Positions 9,385 to 19,450 of a stretch of DNA of 32,000 nt are shown here, piece after piece (position 1 is the first letter of the stretch; every line of letters begins with the position of its first letter). Position numbers and translations under genes: made by a program. This stretch comes from Pasteurella multocida (GTDB lineage Bacteria > Pseudomonadota > Gammaproteobacteria > Enterobacterales > Pasteurellaceae), in the NCBI RefSeq assembly GCF_900187275.1, contig NZ_LT906458.1, positions 1,470,001 to 1,502,000 on the forward strand, given 5' to 3'. The notes below the pieces were generated by a model, which was not told where the DNA came from, did no database searches, and saw only the letters and a list, made by a program, of their open reading frames with translations.

Positions 9385-10404
9385 CTAGTACTTTTCTAAA
9401 CCAGCCAGAATTTTTGTTGGGATTTGCTGACGTGTTTGAAACGCCGCATCAGCAATCGCATAAGCAAACGCATCGCTATTTGCACTACCATGACTTTTGA
9501 CAACAACTGCCGTTAATCCAATCAAGGAAGCACCATTGTATTCATCAGGATTAATTCGCTTTAAACGTTGATAACTCTCTTTAAAAATATGGGTGAGTAA
9601 CCAAGAAAATAGCGGTTTTAACAGACTATTTTTCGATTTCCCTTTAATCAAGGCGATCACATTTTTTGCCGCACCTTCAAGGGTTTTCAATGCCACATTT
9701 CCTACAAAACCATCACTGACAATCACATCGGCGTGACCATTTAGTAGAAAGTTACCCTCAATAAACCCCGTGTAATTCAACGCGGGATCTTTTTCTAATA
9801 ACATCGCCGCATCACGAATCGACTTATGTCCTTTAATATCTTCACTACCGATATTCAATAAGGCAATTCTAGGATAGACTAAGTTTAAGGTATTTTCAGC
9901 AAAAATACTGCCCATTAATGCAAATTGATACAAGTTTTCTGCGTCACAATCAATATTGGCACCCAGATCAAGCATCACACTTTTTCCACCATCCACGGTG
10001 GGAATCACGGAAATCAAAGCGGGACGCTGAATCCCTTTTAAAGGTTGCAATAAGATCTTCGACAATCCCATTAACGCTGCGGTATTCCCCGCACTCACAC
10101 AACCTTGCGCATCCCCTTTCTGCACCGCTTCAATTGCTAAACGCATTGAGGTGCCTTTACTATGACGTAAGGCATAGGAAATACCATGTTCATTATCAAT
10201 CGTACGTGAACAATGACAGACTGTCAGACGTTCTTTCATTGACGCAGGAATATTTTCAAGCAGAGGAAGGATTTGTTGGCTATCACCAAACAATAATAAA
10301 GAAAGCATTGGATCTTTTTCCAACGCAATGAGGGATGCGGGGATAGTAATACGGGGACCAATGTCCCCGCCCATCACATCTAACGCAAGGGTTAGACGAC
10401 TCAA
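9385..10404 (-). CDS. plsX: Phosphate acyltransferase PlsX (TTG start)
   Basis: MSRLTLALDVMGGDIGPRITIPASLIALEKDP..., GNTAALM, NIGSEDIKG. Confidence 0.96.
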   Translation of the reverse strand: MSRLTLALDVMGGDIGPRITIPASLIALEKDPMLSLLLFGDSQQILPLLENIPASMKERLTVCHCSRTIDNEHGISYALRHSKGTSMRLAIEAVQKGDAQGCVSAGNTAALMGLSKILLQPLKGIQRPALISVIPTVDGGKSVMLDLGANIDCDAENLYQFALMGSIFAENTLNLVYPRIALLNIGSEDIKGHKSIRDAAMLLEKDPALNYTGFIEGNFLLNGHADVIVSDGFVGNVALKTLEGAAKNVIALIKGKSKNSLLKPLFSWLLTHIFKESYQRLKRINPDEYNGASLIGLTAVVVKSHGSANSDAFAYAIADAAFQTRQQIPTKILAGLEKY

Positions 10405-10433
10405 GTGATTACCTTTTCTAAATAAACTAGAAA

Positions 10434-10604
10434 TTATTTGTTAATCACTTTACGACCACGATAGTAACCATCAGCAGTTACATGGTGACGTAAATGCTTT
10501 TCACCACTTGCTTTATCAACAGATATTGCAGCAGTGGTTAAGGCATCGTGTGAACGACGCATATCACGACGTGAACGAGATTTTTTGTTTTGTTGAACAG
10601 CCAT
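10434..10604 (-). CDS. rpmF: 50S ribosomal protein L32
   Basis: Reverse translation from ATG at 10604: [56 protein letters not shown]; missing from the supplied ORF track. Confidence 0.96.
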   Translation of the reverse strand: MAVQQNKKSRSRRDMRRSHDALTTAAISVDKASGEKHLRHHVTADGYYRGRKVINK

Positions 10605-10621
10605 TGGCTATACTCCTAAAT

Positions 10622-11146
10622 TTACTTTTGCTTTAAACTAGCTAATACAGCGAACGGGTTCGGTTTTTTTGCCAGCGCTTCGGGCAATTCGCCAAAAACC
10701 TGTTCAGCCACGGACACTTCACAGTGTTCAGATGAATGCATTGGCACTATTGGCAGACTTAAAATTAATTCATCTTCAATCGCACCAACTAAATCTATTT
10801 CCCCAAACGCGTTAAATTCGATTGGTTCATAAATTTCGGGCAATACATCGGCTTGATCCAAATTAGCCACTGGACTGTAACAAAAAGTACAGTCAATCAT
10901 TTGCACGAAGGGCTTTTCACAACGTTGGCAGATTAACTCTACTTCTACACTTGCTTGCCCCTTCATGACCACTAATTTTTGTGGATCAATAAAAAACGAT
11001 AATCTAACCTGTGCATCGCTGAGCACTTTACTTACTGACTCATTAAGGCGCGTCAACTGATTAATAGCGTAATAGCCGTCATAATCTAAGCGTCGCTGCG
11101 CATCTTTTACTGGGTCAACAGTTAGGGGTAATTTTACCTTTTGCAT
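10622..11146 (-). CDS. yceD: YceD/DUF177 family 23S rRNA accumulation protein
   Basis: [21 protein letters not shown] cysteine motif, position directly upstream of rpmF as in gamma-proteobacteria. Confidence 0.9.
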   Translation of the reverse strand: MQKVKLPLTVDPVKDAQRRLDYDGYYAINQLTRLNESVSKVLSDAQVRLSFFIDPQKLVVMKGQASVEVELICQRCEKPFVQMIDCTFCYSPVANLDQADVLPEIYEPIEFNAFGEIDLVGAIEDELILSLPIVPMHSSEHCEVSVAEQVFGELPEALAKKPNPFAVLASLKQK

Positions 11147-11437
11147 AGGGCGTGAATATTACCGTTTGAGAACAAAATAGTCAAAGGAAATTATTACTTT
11201 TTACGTGAACCTCATGAGAAAGTATAAGAAAAATGATTTTCTCCACTTTTCAATACAAAAGCCTTATGGCGAATTGTTAATAAAACGTAGCAAAAATGCA
11301 AGATAACAGGAAAAAAGAGAGTGTTGATTCAAATTTTATCAAAAATAGCTCACAAATAACACGTTCGGCACTTTACAGTCTGATTTTTTTGCTTTATTAA
11401 TAGAATTTCTTTTTACTCATAAAATAAAGGGAAAACT

Positions 11438-13084
11438 ATGACAAACACAATGAAAAAAACAGGACTTAATGTGGCATTAGCAAGTATCTTTACGCTTTTT
11501 GCTACACAAACAACCTTCGCAGCAGAAGTACCCGCGGGCACCGAATTAGCCGCCAAACAAGAATTACGTTGGAATATTGGCTCCAACCCTGCTTCATTAG
11601 ATCCACATAAAATTGAAGGAACACCAGAAGGCTTTACCTCCCGTCAATTATTCGAAACCCTAGTGATCTCTGATGCAGAAGGACATATTATCCCAGGTGC
11701 AGCGATCAAATGGGAACATAGCCCAGACTTTAAAAAATGGACATTCCATCTTCGTCCAGACGCAAAATGGTCAAATGGTGAACCTGTCACTGCTGAAGAT
11801 TTCGTTTTCTCTTTCCAACGTTTAGCCGATCCAAACACGGCATCACCTTATTCTAGCTATCTAAAATACCTCAAATTATTGAATGCAGAAGATGTCGTAG
11901 CGGGTAAAAAACCAATTACAGAACTCGGTGTTAAAGCACTTGATGCGCATACGTTAGAACTGACCTTATCGGCAAGCGTGCCTTATGCAGATAAATTAAC
12001 CGAGCATTATGTCTTAGCACCAGTCAACAAAAAATTAGTTGAACAATTCGGTGACAAATGGACAGATGTAAAAAATATCGTAGGTAATGGCGCATTTACG
12101 GTCAAAAATTGGACAATTAATGAAAAATTAGAATTAGTACCAAACCCACATTATTGGGATCATGCGAAAACCGTTTTAACAAGTGTAACACTGTACCCAA
12201 TTGAATCAGAAAATACTGACGTGGCGCGTTATCGTGCAGGGGATTTAGACATCACCAACCACGCCTTACCAGTCGAGCTGTTTAGTAAACTAAAACAAGA
12301 ATACCCAAATGAAGTTTATACTCCTGCGTCACTTTGTACTTATTTGTATGAAATTAACCACAAGAAACCACCATTTGATGATGTACGTGTCAGAAAAGCC
12401 CTTGCGATGGCACTCGATCGCGACATCATTACAGAAAAAGTGACAGCACAAGGTCAAGTACCGGCGTATAGCTTTACACCGCCATATATTAACGGTGGTG
12501 AAAAAATCGAAAAACCAGACTGGGTCGCACTCCCGCAAGCTGAGCGTAATAAACAAGCTGTAGCCTTGTTAAAAGAAGCAGGCTTTGATAAGAGCAATCC
12601 ATTGAATTTCACATTGCTATACAACACTTCTGAAAACCACAAAAAAATTGCTTTAGCCGCCTCTTCATTGTGGCAAAAAAACCTCGCAGGTGCCGTGAAA
12701 GTGACGTTAGAAAACAAAGAGTGGAAAACTTACTTAGATACACGTCATCAAGGTAACTATCAAGTAACACGTGCGGGTTGGTGTGCGGACTATAATGAAG
12801 CAAGTACGTTCTTAAATTACTTCTTATCAACCAGTAGTAATAACACGGCCTTCTATAAGAGTGCTGAATTTGACAAACTGCTTTCAGAAACGTACTTAGC
12901 TGAAACAGATGCTCAACGCGCAGAGATTTATGCCAAACTCGAAGCGCAACTTGCTAAAGATGCAGCATTGGTTCCAGTCTATTACTATGTTGATCCACGT
13001 ATGGTGAAACCTTATGTGAAAGGATTCCCAATCAATCATCCTGGTAAGAACTTCTATCTAAAAGATGTTTATTTAGTCAAATAA
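11438..13084 (+). CDS. oppA: Periplasmic oligopeptide-binding protein OppA
   Basis: Signal peptide ...VALASIFTLFATQTTFA; SBP family 5 sequence LRWNIGSNPASLDPHKIEGTPEGFTSRQLFETLVISDAEG...; first gene of oppABCDF. Confidence 0.93.
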   Translation: MTNTMKKTGLNVALASIFTLFATQTTFAAEVPAGTELAAKQELRWNIGSNPASLDPHKIEGTPEGFTSRQLFETLVISDAEGHIIPGAAIKWEHSPDFKKWTFHLRPDAKWSNGEPVTAEDFVFSFQRLADPNTASPYSSYLKYLKLLNAEDVVAGKKPITELGVKALDAHTLELTLSASVPYADKLTEHYVLAPVNKKLVEQFGDKWTDVKNIVGNGAFTVKNWTINEKLELVPNPHYWDHAKTVLTSVTLYPIESENTDVARYRAGDLDITNHALPVELFSKLKQEYPNEVYTPASLCTYLYEINHKKPPFDDVRVRKALAMALDRDIITEKVTAQGQVPAYSFTPPYINGGEKIEKPDWVALPQAERNKQAVALLKEAGFDKSNPLNFTLLYNTSENHKKIALAASSLWQKNLAGAVKVTLENKEWKTYLDTRHQGNYQVTRAGWCADYNEASTFLNYFLSTSSNNTAFYKSAEFDKLLSETYLAETDAQRAEIYAKLEAQLAKDAALVPVYYYVDPRMVKPYVKGFPINHPGKNFYLKDVYLVK

Positions 13085-13101
13085 TCATTTTGATATATTT
13101 T

Positions 13102-13141
13102 AGTGCGGTCACGACTTGGGTCACACCGACCGCACTTTTTT
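13102..13141 (+). terminator. Intercistronic oppA-oppB terminator/attenuator formed by inverted uptake-signal cores
   Basis: AGTGCGGTC (13102-13110) N17 GACCGCACT (13128-13136) then T run to 13141. Confidence 0.75.
13129..13137 (-). repeat. Uptake signal sequence core (oppA/oppB terminator)
   Basis: ACCGCACTT exact. Confidence 0.9.
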
Positions 13142-13181
13142 AGTTTTCGCACCTTGCGATCTATGGATTGGATTATCTTGT

Positions 13182-14102
13182 ATGTTTAAATTAATTCTTC
13201 GCCGTCTTTTACAGGCAATTCCAACGCTTTTTATTTTAATTACGATTTCATTTTTCATGATGCGCTTAGCGCCAGGTAGCCCCTTTACCAGTGAAAAAAA
13301 TTACCCAGCGGAAGTGATCGCCAATATTGAAGCCAAATATCATTTAAATGAGCCACTTTATAAACAATACCTGATCTATTTAAAAGATCTTGCGCATGGT
13401 GATTTTGGTCCTTCTTTTAAATACAAAGACTATACCGTCAATCAGCTCGTGTCAGCCGCCTTTCCTGTGTCATTCAAACTCGGCATTTCCGCGTTCTTTG
13501 TCGCACTTATCCTTGGCGTCAGCGCAGGTACTATTGCCGCACTGAAACAGAATAAATGGCTTGATTATGTGATCATGACCTTTGCTATGACTGGGGTGGT
13601 CATCCCCAGCTTTGTTGTTGCCCCATTGTTAGTTTTAATTTTCTCTATTTCATTAAAATGGTTACCGTCTGGCGGTTGGGAAGGCGGTGCATTTAAATTC
13701 ATGCTGATGCCCATGATTGCTCTGTGCCTTTCTTATATTGCAAGTATTGCACGTATTACCCGTGGTTCCATGATTGAAGTCCTACATTCCAACTTCATTC
13801 GTACAGCTAAAGCAAAAGGCTTACCGATGCGTCGTATCCTACTCAAACACGCTTTACGTCCGGCTATGCTGCCCGTCATTTCTTATATGGGACCCGCTTT
13901 CGTGGGGATTATTACTGGCTCCATGGTGATCGAAAGTATTTTTGGTATTCCCGGGATTGGTCAACTGTTTGTGAATGGCGCACTGAATCGTGATTACTCA
14001 CTTGTCCTAAGCCTCACTATTTTAGTCGGCGCCTTAACCATCGCATTCAATGCGATCGTCGATATTCTTTATGCGGTGATTGATCCCAAAATCCGTTATT
14101 AA
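13182..14102 (+). CDS. oppB: Oligopeptide ABC transporter permease OppB
   Basis: MFKLILRRLLQAIPTLFILITISFFMMRLAPGSPF...; the ORF track start at 13116 lies inside the terminator hairpin, so ATG 13182 is preferred. Confidence 0.94.
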   Translation: MFKLILRRLLQAIPTLFILITISFFMMRLAPGSPFTSEKNYPAEVIANIEAKYHLNEPLYKQYLIYLKDLAHGDFGPSFKYKDYTVNQLVSAAFPVSFKLGISAFFVALILGVSAGTIAALKQNKWLDYVIMTFAMTGVVIPSFVVAPLLVLIFSISLKWLPSGGWEGGAFKFMLMPMIALCLSYIASIARITRGSMIEVLHSNFIRTAKAKGLPMRRILLKHALRPAMLPVISYMGPAFVGIITGSMVIESIFGIPGIGQLFVNGALNRDYSLVLSLTILVGALTIAFNAIVDILYAVIDPKIRY

Positions 14103-14129
14103 TTGGCAATTGTTGTAGGAAGTCAACTC

Positions 14130-15041
14130 ATGTTAAACAATCAAAAAGATACTGAATTGCTAGAAGCGGTGACAGAAAAATTAGACACGCTTGAAGGTCG
14201 TAGCTTATGGCAAGATGCACGTCGTCGTTTTTTTCACAATAAAGCCGCCTTAACCAGCTTATTTGTGTTATTTTGCATTAGCTTGTTCGTCATTTTTGCG
14301 CCAATGCTCATGCCTTACCCTTATGACGAACTTGATTTTGGTGCAATTTCGATTCCACCTGAGTGGGAAACCATGCACTATTTTGGTACAGATGCCTCGG
14401 GGCGTGATTTATTAGTACGTGTGGCAATCGGAGGACGTATTTCTCTGTTAGTCGGCATTGCTGGTGCCTTAATTGCAGTCTTAGTCGGAACCTTATATGG
14501 TGCTACATCTGGCTATATTGGTGGCAAAGTCGATACCTTTATGATGCGCTTTTTGGAAATTCTTAACTCCTTTCCTTTCATGTTCTTTGTTATCCTTTTA
14601 GTCACTTTCTTTGGACGGAACATTTTCTTAATCTTCGTCGCAATTGGCATGGTGTCTTGGCTCGATATGGCAAGGATTGTACGTGGACAAACCTTGAGTT
14701 TGAAACAAAAAGAATTTATTGAAGCTGCGATTGTGTGCGGTGTATCTTCACGTCAAATTGTTTGGCGTCATATTGTGCCAAACGTACTTGGTGTCGTAGT
14801 CGTTTATGCCTCTTTACTTGTACCAGGCATGATCTTATTTGAATCCTTTTTAAGTTTCTTAGGTCTCGGCACACAGGAGCCTTTAAGTAGCTGGGGCGGT
14901 CTTCTCAATGACGGTGCAAAATCCATGGAGGCTGCGCCTTGGCTCTTAATCTTCCCCGCACTCTTTTTAGTCATTACCCTATTTTGTTTTAACTTTATCG
15001 GTGACGGGTTACGTGATGCGCTTGACCCGAAAGACCGTTAA
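14130..15041 (+). CDS. oppC: Oligopeptide ABC transporter permease OppC
   Basis: MLNNQKDTELLEAVTEKLDTLEGRSLWQDARRRFFHNKAALTSLFVL..., GTDASGRDLLVRVAIGGRISL; internal ATG at 14130. Confidence 0.94.
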   Translation: MLNNQKDTELLEAVTEKLDTLEGRSLWQDARRRFFHNKAALTSLFVLFCISLFVIFAPMLMPYPYDELDFGAISIPPEWETMHYFGTDASGRDLLVRVAIGGRISLLVGIAGALIAVLVGTLYGATSGYIGGKVDTFMMRFLEILNSFPFMFFVILLVTFFGRNIFLIFVAIGMVSWLDMARIVRGQTLSLKQKEFIEAAIVCGVSSRQIVWRHIVPNVLGVVVVYASLLVPGMILFESFLSFLGLGTQEPLSSWGGLLNDGAKSMEAAPWLLIFPALFLVITLFCFNFIGDGLRDALDPKDR

Positions 15042-15062
15042 TACCCGCGCTTGGAGAGAAAA

Positions 15063-16055
15063 ATGACAACTCACAATTTATTACTCGATGTACAAGATTT
15101 GCGCGTAACCTTTAAGACCCCAGATGGCGATGTTACTGCCGTCAATGATCTGACTTTTTCTTTAAATGCCGGTGAAACCCTCGGCATTGTCGGCGAATCT
15201 GGCTCAGGAAAATCGCAAACCGCCTTTGCTCTAATGGGGCTATTAGCAGATAACGGGCGAATTTCAGGATCAGCAAAATTTAATGGACAAGAGATTCTCA
15301 ACTTGCCTGAAACACAACTTAACCGCTTGCGTGCTGAACAAATTGCGATGATCTTCCAAGATCCAATGACCTCGCTGAACCCTTATATGAAAATCGGCGA
15401 ACAGCTAATGGAAGTACTGATGTTGCATAAAGGCATGGATCATAAAACTGCGTTTGAAGAATCGGTACGGATGTTAGATGCGGTGAAAATGCCGGAGTCA
15501 CGTAAACGTATGAATATGTATCCGCATGAATTTTCCGGCGGTATGCGTCAGCGTGTGATGATTGCGATGGCATTACTTTGCCGTCCGAAACTCCTCATTG
15601 CGGATGAACCCACAACTGCGCTCGATGTGACGGTGCAAGCTCAAATCATGACTTTATTAAACGAATTAAAAAGTGAGTTTAATACCGCCATTATCATGAT
15701 TACTCACGATCTCGGTGTGGTCGCAGGAATTTGCGATAATGTGTTGGTGATGTATGCAGGCAGAACCATGGAATACGGCACCGCTGAGCAAATTTTCTAT
15801 ACCCCAAGCCACCCTTATTCTATCGGCTTAATTGGTGCAGTGCCTCGCGTTGACGGACAGGAAGAAGAACTCATTACTATTCCGGGTAATCCACCTAACT
15901 TATTACGCTTACCGAGTGGCTGTCCTTTCCAACCACGTTGCGTTCATGCAACTAAACAATGCCTCAAAGCACCGGCGTTAACCTTGTTAAATGATCAACG
16001 TTTACGCGCTTGTTTTGTCCCTGCCGAGCAATTAATCCGAGGTAACGCATCATGA
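15063..16055 (+). CDS. oppD: Oligopeptide ABC transporter ATP-binding protein OppD
   Basis: GESGSGKSQ Walker A, FSGGMRQR signature, LLIADEPTTALD Walker B, C-terminal oligopeptide/dipeptide extension. Confidence 0.95.
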   Translation: MTTHNLLLDVQDLRVTFKTPDGDVTAVNDLTFSLNAGETLGIVGESGSGKSQTAFALMGLLADNGRISGSAKFNGQEILNLPETQLNRLRAEQIAMIFQDPMTSLNPYMKIGEQLMEVLMLHKGMDHKTAFEESVRMLDAVKMPESRKRMNMYPHEFSGGMRQRVMIAMALLCRPKLLIADEPTTALDVTVQAQIMTLLNELKSEFNTAIIMITHDLGVVAGICDNVLVMYAGRTMEYGTAEQIFYTPSHPYSIGLIGAVPRVDGQEEELITIPGNPPNLLRLPSGCPFQPRCVHATKQCLKAPALTLLNDQRLRACFVPAEQLIRGNAS

Positions 16056-17041
16056 ACACAGAGAAAAAAGTGATCCTAGAAGTGAAGGATTTAAGCGTTC
16101 ATTTCAACATTAAAGATACGAAATCTTTATTCTTTGCTAAACACCAAACTTTAAAGGCCGTCAATCATGTCTCTTTTCAGTTATACGAAGGCGAAACCTT
16201 AGGTGTGGTCGGTGAATCGGGCTGTGGAAAATCAACTCTCGCACGCGCGATTATTGGCTTAGTGGAAAGCTCTGGCGGTAATATTTTATGGCTAGGTAAG
16301 GAGTTAACTCAGCAAAGTGCGAAAGAATGGAAAGCGATCCGTAGCGATATTCAAATGATTTTCCAAGATCCTTTAGCCTCCCTGAATCCACGGATGACCA
16401 TTGGCAGTATCATTGCCGAACCATTAAAAATTTACCAACCCCATTTAACCGCGGAAGAAGTGAAAGAAAAAGTACGCGCGATGATGATGAAAGTGGGCTT
16501 ATTACCTAACTTAATCAATCGCTATCCACATGAATTTTCGGGTGGACAATGTCAGCGTATCGGGATTGCGCGCGCCTTGATTGTGGAACCCAAACTCATT
16601 ATTTGCGATGAGCCAGTGTCCGCCTTAGATGTTTCAATCCAAGCACAAGTAGTGAATTTATTGAAATCTTTACAACGCGAAATGGGGCTATCATTGATTT
16701 TCATTGCACACGACCTTGCTGTGGTGAAACACATTTCCGATCGTGTTTTGGTAATGTATCTTGGTAACGCGGTGGAATTAGGTGACTATGAACAAGTCTA
16801 TCACGATACTAAGCATCCTTATACTAAAGCTTTGATGTCTGCGGTACCGATTCCTGATCCCCAATTAGAACGCAATAAACAAATTCAATTGCTTGAAGGC
16901 GATCTCCCTTCTCCAATTAATCCGCCGTCGGGCTGTGTGTTCCGCACCCGTTGCCCACTGGCAGATCAACACTGTATTGCAGACAAACCGCTCCTCAAAG
17001 GACGAGATAATCACGTTGTTGCTTGTTTTAAAGCCGAGTAA
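16052..17041 (+). CDS. oppF: Oligopeptide ABC transporter ATP-binding protein OppF
   Basis: GESGCGKST, FSGGQCQRIGIARAL, LIICDEPVSALD; overlaps the oppD stop by 4 bp. Confidence 0.95.
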   Translation: MNTEKKVILEVKDLSVHFNIKDTKSLFFAKHQTLKAVNHVSFQLYEGETLGVVGESGCGKSTLARAIIGLVESSGGNILWLGKELTQQSAKEWKAIRSDIQMIFQDPLASLNPRMTIGSIIAEPLKIYQPHLTAEEVKEKVRAMMMKVGLLPNLINRYPHEFSGGQCQRIGIARALIVEPKLIICDEPVSALDVSIQAQVVNLLKSLQREMGLSLIFIAHDLAVVKHISDRVLVMYLGNAVELGDYEQVYHDTKHPYTKALMSAVPIPDPQLERNKQIQLLEGDLPSPINPPSGCVFRTRCPLADQHCIADKPLLKGRDNHVVACFKAE

Positions 17042-17046
17042 TACAC

Positions 17047-17078
17047 ACAACCGCACAAAAAAGTGCGGTTGTTTTTTT
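17047..17078 (+). terminator. Terminator of the opp operon with uptake-signal arm
   Basis: ACAACCGCAC AAAAAA GTGCGGTTGT TTTTTT; 10 bp stem. Confidence 0.88.
17061..17069 (+). repeat. Uptake signal sequence core (opp terminator)
   Basis: AAGTGCGGT exact. Confidence 0.9.
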
Positions 17079-17144
17079 GCGAATATTCACAGTCAAACTT
17101 TCGTGATACTTTCGCTCTGAGATAGGGATTACGATACAGAGAAG

Positions 17145-17903
17145 TTATTCAACAATCACACGTGCATTGATCGGTTGTACTGGACGATTATTGTGTCCTT
17201 TCATCAAAGTCGCAAACGCCTCAACTTGAGATTGGCTAATGTTGTCATAGTGTTTTAACACTAACCAATTTACACCTTCAGAACAAGGTGGTGTGGTTAA
17301 TGACCCGCTGAAACGATAGTAATCGCGTTTTTTCGGAATTAATGTTGCTGGGTCAAAAGCGGTACTAAGCGTATATTTCTCCCCTGCTTTTTGCGGGAAG
17401 TTTTGCCAAATTGGGGCTAACCGTTGGTTTTCACTTGATAATACATAGAGCACACCAAGCACAGCAAGATTCCCTTCATTATCTGCGTGTACAAAATGTG
17501 CTTCCATCGGGAAGGATTTACCTCGAATTACGTTTTCACTCGGCACATGGAAATGGAATTGTTTAAGGGTAAAGGTCTTTCCATTAAGCTGCATGCGATT
17601 ACTTGCCTCTTTGAAATCCACTTGAATAGTATGCCCATTATTGACAATCTCCACATTGGAAGGTCGATAATCCAGCTTAATCGGCGCTAACTTACCATCA
17701 ATCGTATGCTTGATATCTATTGGTGTTTGGTTTTTACCTTCGCCACAAATACGGAATTTGGGTGAAAGTTCAGCCCAATGTTCTGGCGATTCGTGTCCGG
17801 TGTATCCCCAATGCGTGTGCGTTTCTTCTTTCTTAAGGGGGCTTGTACACGCTGTCAATGCTAATGCACCTAACGTAAGCACAAAAAGGTTTGATTTTTT
17901 CAT
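17145..17903 (-). CDS. cah: Alpha-class carbonic anhydrase, predicted lipoprotein
   Basis: HWGYTGHESPEHWAELSPKFRICGEGKNQTPIDI, FHFHVPSENVI...AHFVHADNEGNLAVLGV, GSLTTPPCSEGVNW; lipobox LTAC. Confidence 0.92.
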   Translation of the reverse strand: MKKSNLFVLTLGALALTACTSPLKKEETHTHWGYTGHESPEHWAELSPKFRICGEGKNQTPIDIKHTIDGKLAPIKLDYRPSNVEIVNNGHTIQVDFKEASNRMQLNGKTFTLKQFHFHVPSENVIRGKSFPMEAHFVHADNEGNLAVLGVLYVLSSENQRLAPIWQNFPQKAGEKYTLSTAFDPATLIPKKRDYYRFSGSLTTPPCSEGVNWLVLKHYDNISQSQVEAFATLMKGHNNRPVQPINARVIVE

Positions 17904-18032
17904 AGCCTAGCTCCTGATTAAAAGAGATGAATTGATGAGACAACCTAAACTCAATAATGTCTTAATCCGAGACGCTTTCATCTTAGGCAAAACAACACTC
18001 CATTTCAAGTATAACTTGCTCAAGAATATATC

Positions 18033-18674
18033 TTAGACCGAAATCAAATCCATTATTTCAAATAAGGTATTAGGCGAGTATTTCTCTAAATAACGGCGTA
18101 AAAAATGTTGTGTTTCTTGGCTAATGACTTGATCTGTTTCCGGATACAAGTTGTATATCACAGCATGCACACTTACTCTTTTGGAGTTGAGTACTTGTAA
18201 ACTCAATAAGGTATGATTAATACTACCTAGCTTGCCAGAGGTGACTAAAATCACGGGGTATTGATGCTGACAAAGATAATCAAGGGTGGTTTCTTCCTCA
18301 TTATAAGGTACACACAAGCCGCCCGCCCCTTCCAATAATACATAATCATATTTTTCACACAAAAGTGCGGTGCAGGTTTCAATTTTTTTACGTTCGATCG
18401 TGCGCTGTTCTAATTTCGCGGCTAAATGCGGTGAGCAAGGATAATCAAACACGTAAGGACAAGTGATACCTTGCTTATCTTCTTCTGTAAGCTCAATACC
18501 TTGTATTTTTCGGTGTATGAGTAAATCTTCGGCAATTCCTCGGCAGCCTGTTTGGATCATCTTTTGCGTGATGACACTTGCGCCTTGTTGCATCAGTTTC
18601 TTGGCGTACCAACCTGTGGCGATGGTTTTGCCAATATCGGTGTCGATGCCAGTGATAAAAAAAACCTTTGCCAT
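18033..18674 (-). CDS. bioD: ATP-dependent dethiobiotin synthetase BioD
   Basis: [27 protein letters not shown]..., [10 protein letters not shown]. Confidence 0.94.
   Translation of the reverse strand: MAKVFFITGIDTDIGKTIATGWYAKKLMQQGASVITQKMIQTGCRGIAEDLLIHRKIQGIELTEEDKQGITCPYVFDYPCSPHLAAKLEQRTIERKKIETCTALLCEKYDYVLLEGAGGLCVPYNEEETTLDYLCQHQYPVILVTSGKLGSINHTLLSLQVLNSKRVSVHAVIYNLYPETDQVISQETQHFLRRYLEKYSPNTLFEIMDLISV
18363..18371 (+). repeat. Uptake signal sequence core (in bioD)
   Basis: AAGTGCGGT exact. Confidence 0.9.
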
Positions 18675-18691
18675 ACTTTTTCCTTCTAAGA

Positions 18692-19447
18692 TTAAGTTAA
18701 ACGCGCCAGCACATACATCGGCGTGTAAGTGAGTTCTACTTTGTGTTGTGCGTTACGGTAATGTTGTTGATATTGTTGGCAAAAGGCGTGCAATTGCCCT
18801 TTTGTCCACCCTTGCTGCTGTGTGGCAGTAACGCCTGTTTGTTTCAAATGTTTTAACACCGCTAAGGGATCATCAAAGTGCAACACAATCTCCTCGTGTT
18901 CGAGGACTAAAATCTCAAATTCAGGCACTAGCCACTTTTGCCAGTCCTCAAGACGTGGATAAGTTAACCCCACACCGGTGAGGTGTTTGATCTGTGTTAA
19001 ATTCTCGGGCGTGAAAGTACTGAATAACAAAAATCCGTGCTTTTTTAAGCGCACTTTACAACGCGCAATAAAACCCGCTTTATCTTCAAACCATTGCACC
19101 ACGGAAGCACTGGCAATCAAATCATACTGCTGCGGAAAGGGAAGTTGTTCCGCATCGCCACAATGGAAGTGAAAAGGTTGGGGCAACACTGATTGCAGAT
19201 GCTCTCGCATATCGCAAAGGTCATTCAGCTCCCAGTGTTCAACCTGCAACTGTGACATTAATTGCTTCGTTAATCCACCAGTACCACATCCAATCTCTAA
19301 TGCACGTTGGAATGCTTGTCTGTCGATATACGACAATAAACTAAGCAAACGTTGGTGAATCTGCTGTTGTGCTCTCGCTTGCTGATCATAGTTCGATACA
19401 GCGGCAGAAAAACGCTGTTTAATGCGTCCTTTATCAATACGATCCAT
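18692..19447 (-). CDS. bioC: Malonyl-[ACP] O-methyltransferase BioC
   Basis: [27 protein letters not shown]..., [18 protein letters not shown] motif; in bio operon. Confidence 0.93.
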   Translation of the reverse strand: MDRIDKGRIKQRFSAAVSNYDQQARAQQQIHQRLLSLLSYIDRQAFQRALEIGCGTGGLTKQLMSQLQVEHWELNDLCDMREHLQSVLPQPFHFHCGDAEQLPFPQQYDLIASASVVQWFEDKAGFIARCKVRLKKHGFLLFSTFTPENLTQIKHLTGVGLTYPRLEDWQKWLVPEFEILVLEHEEIVLHFDDPLAVLKHLKQTGVTATQQQGWTKGQLHAFCQQYQQHYRNAQHKVELTYTPMYVLARLT

Positions 19448-19450
19448 GTG

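Noticed and set aside
9918-10331. 137 aa plus-strand ORF opposite plsX
   Set aside because: Long but antisense to plsX; its Cys/His/Tyr-rich composition reflects the complement of the real gene
11147-11437. Long AT-rich region upstream of oppA considered for a riboswitch or a small RNA target site
   Set aside because: No recognisable riboswitch core or clear stable hairpin; an sRNA interaction such as GcvB is plausible from biology but I could not identify a convincing seed match
11438-17041. opp operon considered as sap (antimicrobial peptide) or heme-binding system
   Set aside because: Gene order ABCDF, signal peptide and permease/ATPase sequences fit the standard Opp system; no direct evidence for another substrate
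16893-17120. 75 aa plus-strand ORF over the oppF end and opp terminator
   Set aside because: Out of frame with oppF and runs through the USS terminator hairpin
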